DNA of 64,000 nucleotides, from positions 245,944 to 309,943 of the forward strand of contig KV454018.1 in assembly GCA_001661245.1 (NCBI GenBank). Reading direction: 5' to 3'. The position numbers and the translations under genes were made by a program. The notes beneath the pieces are model-generated. The model saw only the letters and a program-made list of their open reading frames with translations. It searched no databases and had not been told where the DNA came from. Below are positions 53,886 to 64,000 of the stretch, piece after piece. This stretch comes from Pachysolen tannophilus NRRL Y-2460. Lineage: Eukaryota. The stretch's first letter is position 1, and each line of letters begins with the position of its first letter.

Positions 53886-55502
53886 TTATTTTTCCAGTTC
53901 TGCCTGTTGTTGCATCACTTTTCTTCTAGCTGCAAATGATAACATTCCACTTGGCTCACCACCTTCAACGCTGTTTTCGATGCCTCTTCTTCTGCGTCCG
54001 AGATTTGCAAACAAGGATTTGGAGTCGTCTTCCGTGCTGTCTTGCTTGCTGGCATGGGTCCCGTTATTCTTGGATGAAAAATCTTTTTCTTCTTTATTGT
54101 ACTTGTTGTGCTTGCCACTTGTATTGCTATTGCTGTTGCCGTTACTGCTGATGTTATTGCCATTATGGTTAGTATGATTGCTGCTACTCAAAGCATTACT
54201 ATTATTATTGTTATTGTTATTGTTATTATTGTATCTCCTATTGTAGGTTCTATTATTGCCGTGTGAGTTCACTTTGCTGTTCCCACTATGATGATGGTGA
54301 TGATTATGTGGATAATGGCCATTACTATTGTAATGTGAGTTATGGTTGTTGTTATTGTTATTGTTGTTGTTGCCATTACCACCACTGCGCTGAGAGTTAT
54401 TGTTCAAATAGTTATTGGTTGAAGTGGTTGAATTGGTGTTAGTGGATTTTGTTATATCTTTACCGTTGAGATTATTCGTAGTAGGATTGACACTTTCACT
54501 ATGTAATCTATAGTCAAATGAAACATCCGGTACTCGATCAATAGGATATGCATCAACTACCGTGGTGATTACATCTGATCCTGAATTTAAAATTGAATCA
54601 CATTCTCTAACAACACGTAATAAAGAATCACAAATTGCACGCTTAACAGAGAAGGGAATTAATTTTTCTGTTTTATTCTCTTTACTGTTACTACTTTCTT
54701 CAGCATCATCTTCAGTAACATTTTCTTTAAATTCAAAATCATTTTCATCCAGTGAAGAATTTGTCTTTTCTTTTGATTCGTTTTCTCTTTCTTGTTTTTG
54801 AAATTTATCAAAATATAAATTAGAATTCCAAACACTAATAACAATTTCTCTTTGCTTAATACTTAAAGTCATCCCAGTAATATCATCATATAAATAATCA
54901 CAAAATTTATTTTCCAGAGAAAATAAAGAACCACCACAAGTTCTTAAAACCAATCTTTCCCAAATTAATCCAACTCTTTTCTTATAATCGGTATCATTCA
55001 TCGAATTTGACAACCCAACACGAGAAAATCTTAAGATCCATCTTCCACCTTTAGAATTTATAGGATCTTCCCATATTGGTTTAACTCCAGTTTTAAAAAT
55101 TAAAAATTGTGTACCATTTTTTAAATTTGGAATTTTTTCTAAATTACTCATTGATATCCATAATTGTTCAACAGTATCAATATTTGAAATTAATTCATTT
55201 GAATTTCCCAATTTAGGAAATTTAATTTCATCTATCGATTGTAAATATTGATCTGAATCATTAGATAATTGATTAAAAGTGTTATCACCTTCTACACTTC
55301 CAATATTAGATTCCAGAGTTTTAAAATGTCGTCTCGCTTCCTTTTTCGCAAATACCACTTTGGCCTTTGCCTTTGATTTGGAGTGATGCCATATTGTCCA
55401 TGAATAAGGCAACTTATGTACCGATGTCGAAACAGCTGAAGTAGCTGGAGATGCTGATGATGATATTGGTGATTGATCAAAAAATTTGGATCTAACCGAC
55501 AT
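53886..55502 (-). CDS. eIF4E-family cap-binding protein, class II (4EHP)-like, with Asn/His-rich tail
   Basis: HKLPYSWTIW, DTVEQLW, FKTGVKPIWEDPINSKGGRW, IWERLVL, ISVWN; ATG at 55502. Confidence 0.85.
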   Translation of the reverse strand: MSVRSKFFDQSPISSSASPATSAVSTSVHKLPYSWTIWHHSKSKAKAKVVFAKKEARRHFKTLESNIGSVEGDNTFNQLSNDSDQYLQSIDEIKFPKLGNSNELISNIDTVEQLWISMSNLEKIPNLKNGTQFLIFKTGVKPIWEDPINSKGGRWILRFSRVGLSNSMNDTDYKKRVGLIWERLVLRTCGGSLFSLENKFCDYLYDDITGMTLSIKQREIVISVWNSNLYFDKFQKQERENESKEKTNSSLDENDFEFKENVTEDDAEESSNSKENKTEKLIPFSVKRAICDSLLRVVRECDSILNSGSDVITTVVDAYPIDRVPDVSFDYRLHSESVNPTTNNLNGKDITKSTNTNSTTSTNNYLNNNSQRSGGNGNNNNNNNNNHNSHYNSNGHYPHNHHHHHSGNSKVNSHGNNRTYNRRYNNNNNNNNNNSNALSSSNHTNHNGNNISSNGNSNSNTSGKHNKYNKEEKDFSSKNNGTHASKQDSTEDDSKSLFANLGRRRRGIENSVEGGEPSGMLSFAARRKVMQQQAELEK

Positions 55503-56341
55503 TATAAAAACATAAAATAAATACAAGAAATTAGGAAATTAAATATTTATAATTGAAAATAATAATTCTTAAAACAACCCTTTCTTGTTTGAATTTGTTA
55601 TAAACCTAGTAAACTCAACTATATGATTCTTTCACTATTATTATTATTTAAAAATTATATTTATTAAAGATAAATATTAATCACACACACACAAAAAGTT
55701 TCTTCTTTCCTTAACTCCATATACAAAATGCACTGAATATCTAGCAAATAAAATAAAAAATTTCCCTTATTCCTTAGAAAACTCTTATACCAACCTAATA
55801 CAATTTCTTATTATCATACCATTAACAATATAACTGATAAATTTATTGTTTTATTTCGTTCAATTCCTATACTTTTAATGTTCCCAAAAAAAAAAAATTT
55901 TACAACAAAAAAAATAAAAAATAAAAACAAAAAGTCGTCCACAAAAAATCAAACTGTCATGCTCCATTTGCTCCATTTCTATCATTTGTATCAGTTACTG
56001 GATATCAATTGTTATTAATTTTATTAAAAGATAAGCTCGTAAATTGTGGAAATTAAAAGAAGGAGGGAAAGATAAAGAAAGTTAAAGAGAACTGAATAAA
56101 GTGAAAGAATCAAAGAACGACATCAAACGACATCAAACGACATCAAACGGCAACAACAACATAAAAAAAAAAAAAAACACAACAATAACCGGGCATGTAT
56201 ATATAAATGAAACTCTACCATCCAAAATATTAAAAAATCAAAAAAAACATAAAAAAAATAAATATTAAATAAACAACTTTTAAATTTAACCTACCATCGT
56301 ATATTCCTTATAGTATTTTAGTGTTTGTTTGTTATTTTCCC

Positions 56342-58429
56342 CTAAATATCAAACCTTAACCAATCCAAATCCATTTCTTTATCTAGACTCATTACTTTAT
56401 TTCCATCTTCAGTTGAACTCTTGGAAATAGGTGTTTTAAAATTACCCATAGTGTTATGACCATTTGGCATGCTATTACTAAAATTTGATAACCCAATATA
56501 CAGGTTTTGTGGTTGTAATGAAGTTGAAGAATTTCTGCTTTTTGATAATAATATACCTCTTTTCATATTAAATTCCTTGTATAAATTAGTTGATGAAAGG
56601 CTTGATGAAAATTGGTCTTGCATGTAAAGTGGAGAAGGAGAATTATAATCATTGTATAAAGGTGATGCAGCAGCTGGTGAACTTGTTGTTGCTGCACCTG
56701 AACTCATTGTTTTTGTAGGTACATTAGAACCTTGACTTTGGTTTCGAAATTGACGTGATAATTGAGAAGGATGTAAAGGATAAGAAGAGTCTCCCCCTGA
56801 CCCAGCTCCATTATTACTACTACTATTATTATTATTGTTGTTGTTGAAATTGGATAACGAAGACATCGCCACAGGCGATGATGTTGTCAGTGGTCTAAAT
56901 TCAATATTTGCAGCACTTTTCTTTCTCTTAAAGCTTGGGAATCTTTGCAGTGGCTGTTGAAAATGTTGTTCTGAATCAGGTAAAGACGTAGAAACAAATT
57001 CACCACTTGAATTTGGCTTTGGTAAAATTGGTACATTTTTGTAACTTCTTTGATTATTGGAAACTGCTGCACTGTTTTGAGATTGAGGTTGCAGCTGCAG
57101 CTGCAACTGTTTCTGCAGCTGTTGCAATTGTTGATGCTGTAGCTGTGATTGTTGTGGTTGTGGTTGTGGTTGTGACTGTGACTGTGACTGTGACTGTGGT
57201 TGCTGTTGTGAATCAGCTGGAGTTAGCGCAATATTAGTGCTTGAGGTATAACTGTTTAATTTCTTTTCATTATAACTACTACTGCTATTATTAGAGGCCA
57301 CTGAAGATCTTCTAGAGTTTCTCTTTTTGATAACATCTGTTTTCAAAGATAGAGGTCTCATTGTACCATGTAATTTTTGGAATAAACCACAGGCGTTACA
57401 AAGAGTATTTCCATTGGCATCTTTCCTCCATAAAGGTGTCTTTGTAGTTTGACAATTTGAACATTCAATCAATTGCTTTGGTCTTGAAATAGTTGGCATA
57501 CTAGAACTGAAAACTTGTTTTTTGGAACCATCCAAAATATCTGTTGAAATTGATGGTGATCTTTTGGAAATTTTATTATTATTGCCAATACCATTGCCAA
57601 TGCCATTATTAATATTATAATTAAAATTGCTTATTATTATTTTTCTTCCAATATTTTCCTTTTCATTTTTCGATCTCGTTAAAGAATTTGTTGTTAATGA
57701 AGAAGGTTGAATTGTTTGATGCAGTTGTTGTTGCTGCTGTTGCAGCAGTTGTTGCAGTTGTTCCAACTGTGAAATCTCATTTAAAAAGAAATCATCATCT
57801 TTTCCAAAATTATTAGGGTCATTTGGAGATACTAAATAATCTCCATCCACAGTATTCTTCCCAGGATTGAAGTTCCAGAAACTATTACTATTACTAATGC
57901 CAGCAGCTGCAATGGGACTAACTGACATCGACAACGGAGTTATAGTTGAAAACGCCTGGGTACCATTGCTATTACCATTATTGGTGCCGTTATTGCTGCT
58001 ACTACCGTTACCACTACCACTACCGGTTTGGCCAATAAAGGCAACAGAGTCCGAGTTGTGTCTCGAAGTAAAGCCACTTGTTGGAGTCAACCCATCGACA
58101 TTACCATTACCACTACCATTGGTATTGTGTCCGTTTTTCGCCGACGGCATCGATCCCGATCCCGATCCCGACACCGACCCCGAAACAAAATGCTGGTGCC
58201 CTTTTTTATTGATATTATTATTATTATTCTTGCCCTCTATACTTTCTGGAGACAATAACCCAAATTCATTTTTCACTGTTTTGGCAAAATTTCCATTAAT
58301 ATCATGATGTAATCTTTTCTGAGTCAGATTACAACTTTCTCTAGAAGTTCTATTTTCAATTCTTGGATATAAAGCCAATAATTTTTTAGCAGAAGAATAT
58401 ATATCCCAAATCGATGGAGCCTGTTCCAT
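56342..58429 (-). CDS. GLN3: Nitrogen-regulatory GATA factor Gln3-like
   Basis: [49 protein letters not shown]-terminal IWDIY...PRIEN; C-terminal LDWLRFDI. Confidence 0.85.
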   Translation of the reverse strand: MEQAPSIWDIYSSAKKLLALYPRIENRTSRESCNLTQKRLHHDINGNFAKTVKNEFGLLSPESIEGKNNNNNINKKGHQHFVSGSVSGSGSGSMPSAKNGHNTNGSGNGNVDGLTPTSGFTSRHNSDSVAFIGQTGSGSGNGSSSNNGTNNGNSNGTQAFSTITPLSMSVSPIAAAGISNSNSFWNFNPGKNTVDGDYLVSPNDPNNFGKDDDFFLNEISQLEQLQQLLQQQQQQLHQTIQPSSLTTNSLTRSKNEKENIGRKIIISNFNYNINNGIGNGIGNNNKISKRSPSISTDILDGSKKQVFSSSMPTISRPKQLIECSNCQTTKTPLWRKDANGNTLCNACGLFQKLHGTMRPLSLKTDVIKKRNSRRSSVASNNSSSSYNEKKLNSYTSSTNIALTPADSQQQPQSQSQSQSQPQPQPQQSQLQHQQLQQLQKQLQLQLQPQSQNSAAVSNNQRSYKNVPILPKPNSSGEFVSTSLPDSEQHFQQPLQRFPSFKRKKSAANIEFRPLTTSSPVAMSSLSNFNNNNNNNSSSNNGAGSGGDSSYPLHPSQLSRQFRNQSQGSNVPTKTMSSGAATTSSPAAASPLYNDYNSPSPLYMQDQFSSSLSSTNLYKEFNMKRGILLSKSRNSSTSLQPQNLYIGLSNFSNSMPNGHNTMGNFKTPISKSSTEDGNKVMSLDKEMDLDWLRFDI

Positions 58430-59042
58430 ATTCTATTCTTATTATACTATTCTTTTTATTATTTTTAACAACTTGAAAATCAATTATAAAAACAAAACAA
58501 TAAATACTTTTATAGCAAAGAAAAGAAAAGAAAAGTATAAAAAAAAAAAAAATTTTTTTTTTTTCTTTTTCTTTTTTTCTTTTGGTCAATTAGTAGTATG
58601 AAATCTCTCTATAAGCGTAAAAAGTTAAGCGCGGTTAGCCATTAAACTACTAAATAATATATATATACATTTATATATATATATATATATAAAAGTAGAA
58701 TTGTAACAAAAAAAATTGATAAATTACAAGTTCAAATAGCAAATAACTTGTTATATAATTCTTAAATCAATACTTTTTTCTAATTATAATTATAATTATA
58801 TATATATATAATTATTATAATTATGACCAAGAAAAACCGTTTTGTCATGTTATTTTTTTGACGTTTCAGGCCTAACAAAGAAAGATTTAGAATACCCGAT
58901 TGGGAAGAAAAATAGATTTTTTTTTCTTTGTTAATTTGTTATTTCTATTGAGGAAAAAATTTTTTATTTTTTTTTTTAACTGTATTCTCAGGTTGGAATT
59001 ACTAATTTTGGTTCTGCACTTACTCTATTAGTCTTTTTCTAT

Positions 59043-60761
59043 TTAATGATTATTAGTGGTGATGGTATCCAGTGGGTCAGTTTTAAAGATTTTATCAGGG
59101 TTTAAGATTCTTAATGGATCTAGTGCCAACTTTAATCTTCTCATCACGTTTATTGTTGGTAATCCCAACTCTTGTTCCAAGTACTTGCGTTTACCATAAC
59201 CTACTCCATGTTCTCCAGTACAAGTTCCATCATATTTGGAAACTGCTCTTTCAACAAGTCTATCAGCCGCAGATTGAACTTTTTCCTTTGTTTGTGGGGT
59301 GTAAATTAATAATGCGTGGAAATTACCATCACCTACATGGCCTAATATAGTGGCCAATATATTTGAATTATCAAGGTCTTGTTGTGTATCTTTTATAATT
59401 TGTGGTAAATCTGAGATTGGGACAGCAACATCAGTAACTATTACTTGAGCTTCTGGACCTAATTTTTTCTTACCATATTCAATTGTTGACCATAAAATTA
59501 ATCTTCTTGCATCCCAAATTTGTTCTTTTTCGAGCAGATCTGTAGCAAATGTATAAGATATAGCATTATTTTTCTCAGTAATTTCTTTAACTTGTTTTAA
59601 AATTTCTTTTGCTATATTTGGTGAAGCACCAGAAATTTTTAAAAATAAAGTTGGTTTAATATCATAAATTTTTGTCAATTGTTTTGAATCATTAAGACAT
59701 TTCATCAGTTCATCGTTTAATAATTCAACAGCGTTTAATTTAATTCCACGTTGAATCAATTTACTTACTGCATTTGAAGCATCTTCAATACTATTAAATG
59801 AAACAGCAGCAATACTTTCATTTTCTGGTTTAACATGTAATTTCATAGTGACTTTGGTAACAAGTCCTAAAGTTCCTTCAGATCCAATAAATAATCCTGT
59901 TAAATTGTAACCTGCAGAAGTTTTCCTTGGACGTTGCCTAGTGGTAATAATTGTACCATCTGCAAGTACAACTTCTAAAGCAATAACATTTTCTTTCATT
60001 GTACCAAATTGAAATGCATTCGTACCACTACAACTACATGCAGTCATTCCTCCAAATTGTGCCCCAGGACCAGGATCAACACCAATCATTAAATTATAAG
60101 GAGATAAAAATTCGTTTAAATCTTGCCAACCAACTCCAGCTTCAACAACAATATCTAAATCATCTTTATTAAATTTTATAATTTTATCCATCTTGGAAAA
60201 ATTAATAGTTATACCTTGACGAGTTTGAATATAATGACCTTCTAATGAAGTACCACCAGAATATGGTATAATTGGTACTTTATATTTATGAGCAATTTTC
60301 AGAATTTCAGAAACTTGTTCAGTACTTGTAGGATATAAAATATATCTTGGTTTTTCATTAGGTAATGCTTTATGAGTATTAAAAAATGAATCTGAATGTA
60401 ATTCTAAATCTTGTTCATTATCAGAAATACCATTTTCACCCAAGATTTTTTTAAACTCATTTATAGCTTCTTTTAATTCAGATTCTGAAGCATATTTTGG
60501 AGATGATAAATCATCAAACAGAGTAGATGATGTTAAGGGAAATACGTCCAAAGGAGGATTTTTCTTATAATACCAACCTGTAATTAAAGAACCAATAACT
60601 AAACTCGTTCCAGAAATTAAAAAACTCGATTTAAAAAAACCAGAACGGGCACCAGTACGAGAATTCGAATCAATACGATAATTGGAATAAAATCTGGTAA
60701 AACTCTTTAAATTTCTTGACCGCAGTAATAATAATAAACGTCTATTAACTATTTGAAACAT
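59043..60761 (-). CDS. DLD1: Mitochondrial D-lactate dehydrogenase (FAD, cytochrome c)
   Basis: SGGTSLEGH, DPGPGA, GSEGTLG, GHVGDGNFH, GTCTGEHGVG, DPLRILNPDK; presequence from ATG 60761. Confidence 0.92.
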   Translation of the reverse strand: MFQIVNRRLLLLLRSRNLKSFTRFYSNYRIDSNSRTGARSGFFKSSFLISGTSLVIGSLITGWYYKKNPPLDVFPLTSSTLFDDLSSPKYASESELKEAINEFKKILGENGISDNEQDLELHSDSFFNTHKALPNEKPRYILYPTSTEQVSEILKIAHKYKVPIIPYSGGTSLEGHYIQTRQGITINFSKMDKIIKFNKDDLDIVVEAGVGWQDLNEFLSPYNLMIGVDPGPGAQFGGMTACSCSGTNAFQFGTMKENVIALEVVLADGTIITTRQRPRKTSAGYNLTGLFIGSEGTLGLVTKVTMKLHVKPENESIAAVSFNSIEDASNAVSKLIQRGIKLNAVELLNDELMKCLNDSKQLTKIYDIKPTLFLKISGASPNIAKEILKQVKEITEKNNAISYTFATDLLEKEQIWDARRLILWSTIEYGKKKLGPEAQVIVTDVAVPISDLPQIIKDTQQDLDNSNILATILGHVGDGNFHALLIYTPQTKEKVQSAADRLVERAVSKYDGTCTGEHGVGYGKRKYLEQELGLPTINVMRRLKLALDPLRILNPDKIFKTDPLDTITTNNH

Positions 60762-61119
60762 TTTCAACTTCAAACACCAATTTTTTGGAAAAAATACCAA
60801 TATATTTTAAAGAAAAACCACTCTATTAAACCAACAGCTACTTTAAACATCTTTTTATTTTTATAATCAACGTTACGTCGACTCACACTTTCCATCTTTT
60901 CTCTTTTGCTACTAAATAAATTGATGAAAAGTGTGGCTCAAATTCTTCTTTTTCACCTTTAAAAGAAGAAATAAAAAAAAAAAAAAAAAAAATTTAATTA
61001 AAAATGTCGGCCAAAAAAAATAAAGTAAAAAGAAATTAAACGTAATAGAATAGGTGTGGGTTGAATTATTATTGAATTAAATTATATATAAAAGATTTTA
61101 TCTTAGAGAATATATTAGG

Positions 61120-62073
61120 ATGAGATTTTTCCATTCAATTTTTATTATTTCAATTTTTTTATCAATTGTTAATTGTAAAGGTTTTTATCAAGATGTACCA
61201 GATATTTTTGAATTAGATTCATCAAATTTTGATGAAATTATATTGAATACAAATTATACATCAATAGTTGAATTTTATGCACCATGGTGTGGACAATGTC
61301 AAAAATTGAAATCAACTTATAAAAAAGTTGGTAAAGCTTCACAAGATTTATATCAAGTTGCAGCAGTTAATTGTGATGATCTGATTAATAAACCAATATG
61401 TTCCAAATATAGAATTGATAGTTATCCAACAATGATTATTTTTAGACCTCCAAAATATGATGCAATTGATCATGAAAAAAATCTTAAAGAAAGTGATGGA
61501 TTAAAATTTGCAACAGAAATTTATAAAGGTCAAAGAAGTTTATCACTGATTGTTGAATTTGTATTATCAAGAATTAAAAATTATGTTAAAAAATTACATA
61601 ATTTTGATCAAATTAATAAATATATTCAAGGTAGAACAAAGACAAATAAATCCAAAATATTATTATTAACAGATAAAAATAAACCAACTCCTCTTATTAA
61701 ATCAATTGCAATTGATTATTTATCATCTTTTGAAACTGCATATATTACAATTAAAAAAAATGAAAAAGATGAAATTTTTGATTTTTTCAAAATAGATAAA
61801 GATATTGCAAAATTACCACAAATTATAATAATAGATACTAAAGATAATCCAAATGAAAAAGAAGAAATAATTGTTTATGATGGTGATTTAAATAAAGTTG
61901 CTTTAAGTCATTATTTATCCAATTTTGCAACACCTTTAGAAGGACCTGCAAGTAAAAGAATGGATTTATTAAATAAACATAAAAATATTAATAATTCTCA
62001 AAATAATAAAAAGGACAAGAACAAAAAGAAAAAAAATTCAAAAAATACAGCTAATGCTCATGATGAACTATAA
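61120..62073 (+). CDS. MPD1: ER protein disulfide isomerase Mpd1-like
   Basis: Signal peptide, VEFYAPWCGQC, AAVNCD, FRPPK, C-terminal HDEL; near RRP36 as YOR288C/YOR287C. Confidence 0.9.
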   Translation: MRFFHSIFIISIFLSIVNCKGFYQDVPDIFELDSSNFDEIILNTNYTSIVEFYAPWCGQCQKLKSTYKKVGKASQDLYQVAAVNCDDLINKPICSKYRIDSYPTMIIFRPPKYDAIDHEKNLKESDGLKFATEIYKGQRSLSLIVEFVLSRIKNYVKKLHNFDQINKYIQGRTKTNKSKILLLTDKNKPTPLIKSIAIDYLSSFETAYITIKKNEKDEIFDFFKIDKDIAKLPQIIIIDTKDNPNEKEEIIVYDGDLNKVALSHYLSNFATPLEGPASKRMDLLNKHKNINNSQNNKKDKNKKKKNSKNTANAHDEL

Positions 62074-62150
62074 TTCTAATGATTGCGCAAAATGATCCTC
62101 CATTATTATCATTAGCAGAACAAAAATGCTCTTTAGCACACATTTTGCAA

Positions 62151-62268
62151 ACTTCCTATTTCGGAAGTCGTAAAGTGCTTAATTCTTATTTCCATTTTAG
62201 GTAATTTTGTTTTTTTTTTGTTCTTTTCAAAGAAAAAAAAAGGTGGATAGATTACCTCATTAGGTAAT
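62151..62268. promoter_or_regulatory. Cluster of three Mcm1/CArG-type sites
   Basis: ACTTCC-TATTTC-GGAAGT (62151-62168), ATTTCC-ATTTTA-GGTAAT (62188-62205), ATTACC-TCATTA-GGTAAT (62251-62268). Confidence 0.55.
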
Positions 62269-62466
62269 TATTACCCAAATGTAATGGATAATTTCCATTT
62301 TTAGTAATTTTTTGGTTGAAATTTTTTTTTTTTTGCTTTTTTTTGGCCTTTAAAAAAAGGTAAAAAAAATTGTATAGAAATAATGAATGGAAATTGGCTT
62401 TCTTTTATAACAAGATAAATAGTAAAGATTAATTCAATTGTTAGGTGATTACGTAGTTGTTTGATA

Positions 62467-62870
62467 ATGATCACAAAGTATTTCACAAAAGTTGTTGTAA
62501 AGTTTAACCCATTTGGTAAAGAAGGTTAGTTAAAAAAAAAATAAAAAAAATTTGTTTCTGGGTTGTTGAATTACCAGCAGCTTATTGTTCATTTATGCTC
62601 ATTTACTAACTATACGTTTTTCATTTTTTAAATATAGGTAAATCTTCTAGGTTATTTCTTGCTGCTATTCCACCAGCACTTAGAGGACAGTGTCAGATAG
62701 ATTATGAGGTTTTAACTAAAACATCAAAGAATAAACCAATTATAAAAGTTTCATATAAAGATAAAAAGACATTAGAAGCTGATCCTGTACATTCAAATTT
62801 TGAAGAGTTACTGGCTTATTTTGATAGACATTCAAGAAAATTGAAGTTAGATGAAGCTATAAAAAGTTGA
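62467..62870 (+). CDS. MRPL44: Mitochondrial ribosomal protein Mrpl44, two exons (62467-62524, 62638-62870); absent from ORF track
   Basis: MITKYFTKVVVKFNPFGKEG|KSSRLFLAAIPP...FDRHSRKL; intron GTTAGT...TACTAAC...TAG. Confidence 0.95.
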
Positions 62871-63261
62871 AAAAAATAATCAATTTTAAAGATACAATTT
62901 TATTGATTTACCAAATAGATTTCCTTGCTCAATCTTTCCCCCACCACCACCACTACTACTACGCAGATAATTATAACCTTGTACATATACTTTTATACAT
63001 ATATTTTTAGATATTACAATTTAATGGAATATATAAACTACTCAGAACATCTTATTCTTTTATTGTAGCGTCTCGGTTAGTAAGTTAGTAAGTTAGTTAG
63101 TTAGTTGTAAAAATATTGATTTTATTTTACTCTTTTACTGAAAGAAGGTGAAAAAAAAAAATTTTTTATTTTTTTATTTTTATATATTTTTTATTATTTT
63201 ATTATAAAAGATAAAACTTATTTAAATCTTTTAATATCTAAAATTATTTGTATTAGTGGCC

Positions 63262-64000
63262 ATGTCGTTGTTGTCAAGAGTGCCTAGGTTTTCGAAAAAA
63301 GATGTGGTCCAGTCAGAGTCAGAAGATGAAGGGTGGCTGAACGAGTACTCCAATCGTGAAAAGTCTCAAGGTAGTGATGATGATGAAGATGAAGAAGAAG
63401 AAAAAGATGATGAGATGTCTAGAATATCGTTTGGAGCTTTACGTAAGGCGCAACAAAGAATGGAGGAACAAGGAAATAGTAGTAGTGATGAGGATGATTT
63501 TTTTGAAACTGAAACTCCTAGTTCTTTATCAAGGATTGAAGAGAAGAAGTTTAAAAATAAAAAAAATATACAAAATAATAAAAAAAAATCTAAACATGCT
63601 CCAAGTGAAACATCTTCTAAAAAACCAGTTCGTAAGATAAGGGATATACCAGGGTTAAAGAGTATAAAAGATTCAACATTATATACGGATATAAGGTTTG
63701 ATCCTGCTTATGGGAAATCAGATTTAGCAAAGACAAGACAAAATTATAAATTTTTAGATGAATATAGACAAAAAGAATTAAAAGATATGGAAATTTTATT
63801 AAAAGAAAATAATAAAAAAAATTTTTTATCAGGACAAGAATTTGAAGATTTACAATATAAAGTACAATCTTTAAGATCAAGAATAGATACTTTGAAAAAT
63901 AGAGATTTAGAAAATCAAGTTATTAAAGATTTTAAAAATACACATGGTAATTCTAAAGGTAAACCAATTTTTTTGAAAAATAGTGATAAGAGAAAATTAA
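63262..64000 (+). CDS. RRP36: rRNA biogenesis protein Rrp36 (3' end runs off the window)
   Basis: Manual translation: ISFGALRKAQ, KSKHAPSETSSKKPVRKIRDIPGL, LYTDIRFDPAYG, NYKFLDEYRQKE. Confidence 0.92.
   Translation, partial: MSLLSRVPRFSKKDVVQSESEDEGWLNEYSNREKSQGSDDDEDEEEEKDDEMSRISFGALRKAQQRMEEQGNSSSDEDDFFETETPSSLSRIEEKKFKNKKNIQNNKKKSKHAPSETSSKKPVRKIRDIPGLKSIKDSTLYTDIRFDPAYGKSDLAKTRQNYKFLDEYRQKELKDMEILLKENNKKNFLSGQEFEDLQYKVQSLRSRIDTLKNRDLENQVIKDFKNTHGNSKGKPIFLKNSDKRKL

Noticed and set aside
56119..56150. GACATCAAAC x3 and similar short repeats (TTGGTCTC x3 near 5976, AT palindromes near 58780)
   Set aside because: Simple slippage repeats without spacers; not CRISPR-like.
63356..63880. ORF-track entries 63356-63640 (+) and 63617-63880 (-)
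   Set aside because: Off-frame or antisense to RRP36, which starts at 63262 and has no stop in the window.

Overview
AT-rich, gene-dense chromosomal DNA from a budding yeast (Saccharomycotina); no prokaryotic, CRISPR or recognisable transposon features. About 38 protein-coding genes, two tRNA genes (intron-containing Trp-CCA; Thr-AGT) and an H/ACA snoRNA matching snR35. CTG codons fall repeatedly on conserved alanines (Crh1, Ych1, Mrpl44, Tys1, Mpd1), so the organism very probably uses the CUG=Ala code (Pachysolen/Nakazawaea/Peterozyma clade; P. tannophilus is my best guess) and the supplied ORF track mistranslates CTG as Leu. Genes missed or broken in the ORF track were rebuilt: IOC4, a PMP1-like 38-aa proteolipid, spliced YCH1/OST5/ERV14/MRPL44, RRP36, and three genes with single-base homopolymer frameshifts (ERP3, ERJ5, an unknown gene) that are probably sequencing errors. 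I found no clearly new biological system. The best leads are a G-quadruplex-like repeat after GAT2, a class II-like eIF4E with an Asn-rich tail, a Keg1 retaining a Phs1-like Tyr/Glu pair, clustered Mcm1-type sites and a two-AUG Dug1. Homolog motifs and S. cerevisiae gene neighbourhoods are recalled from memory, not from searches.
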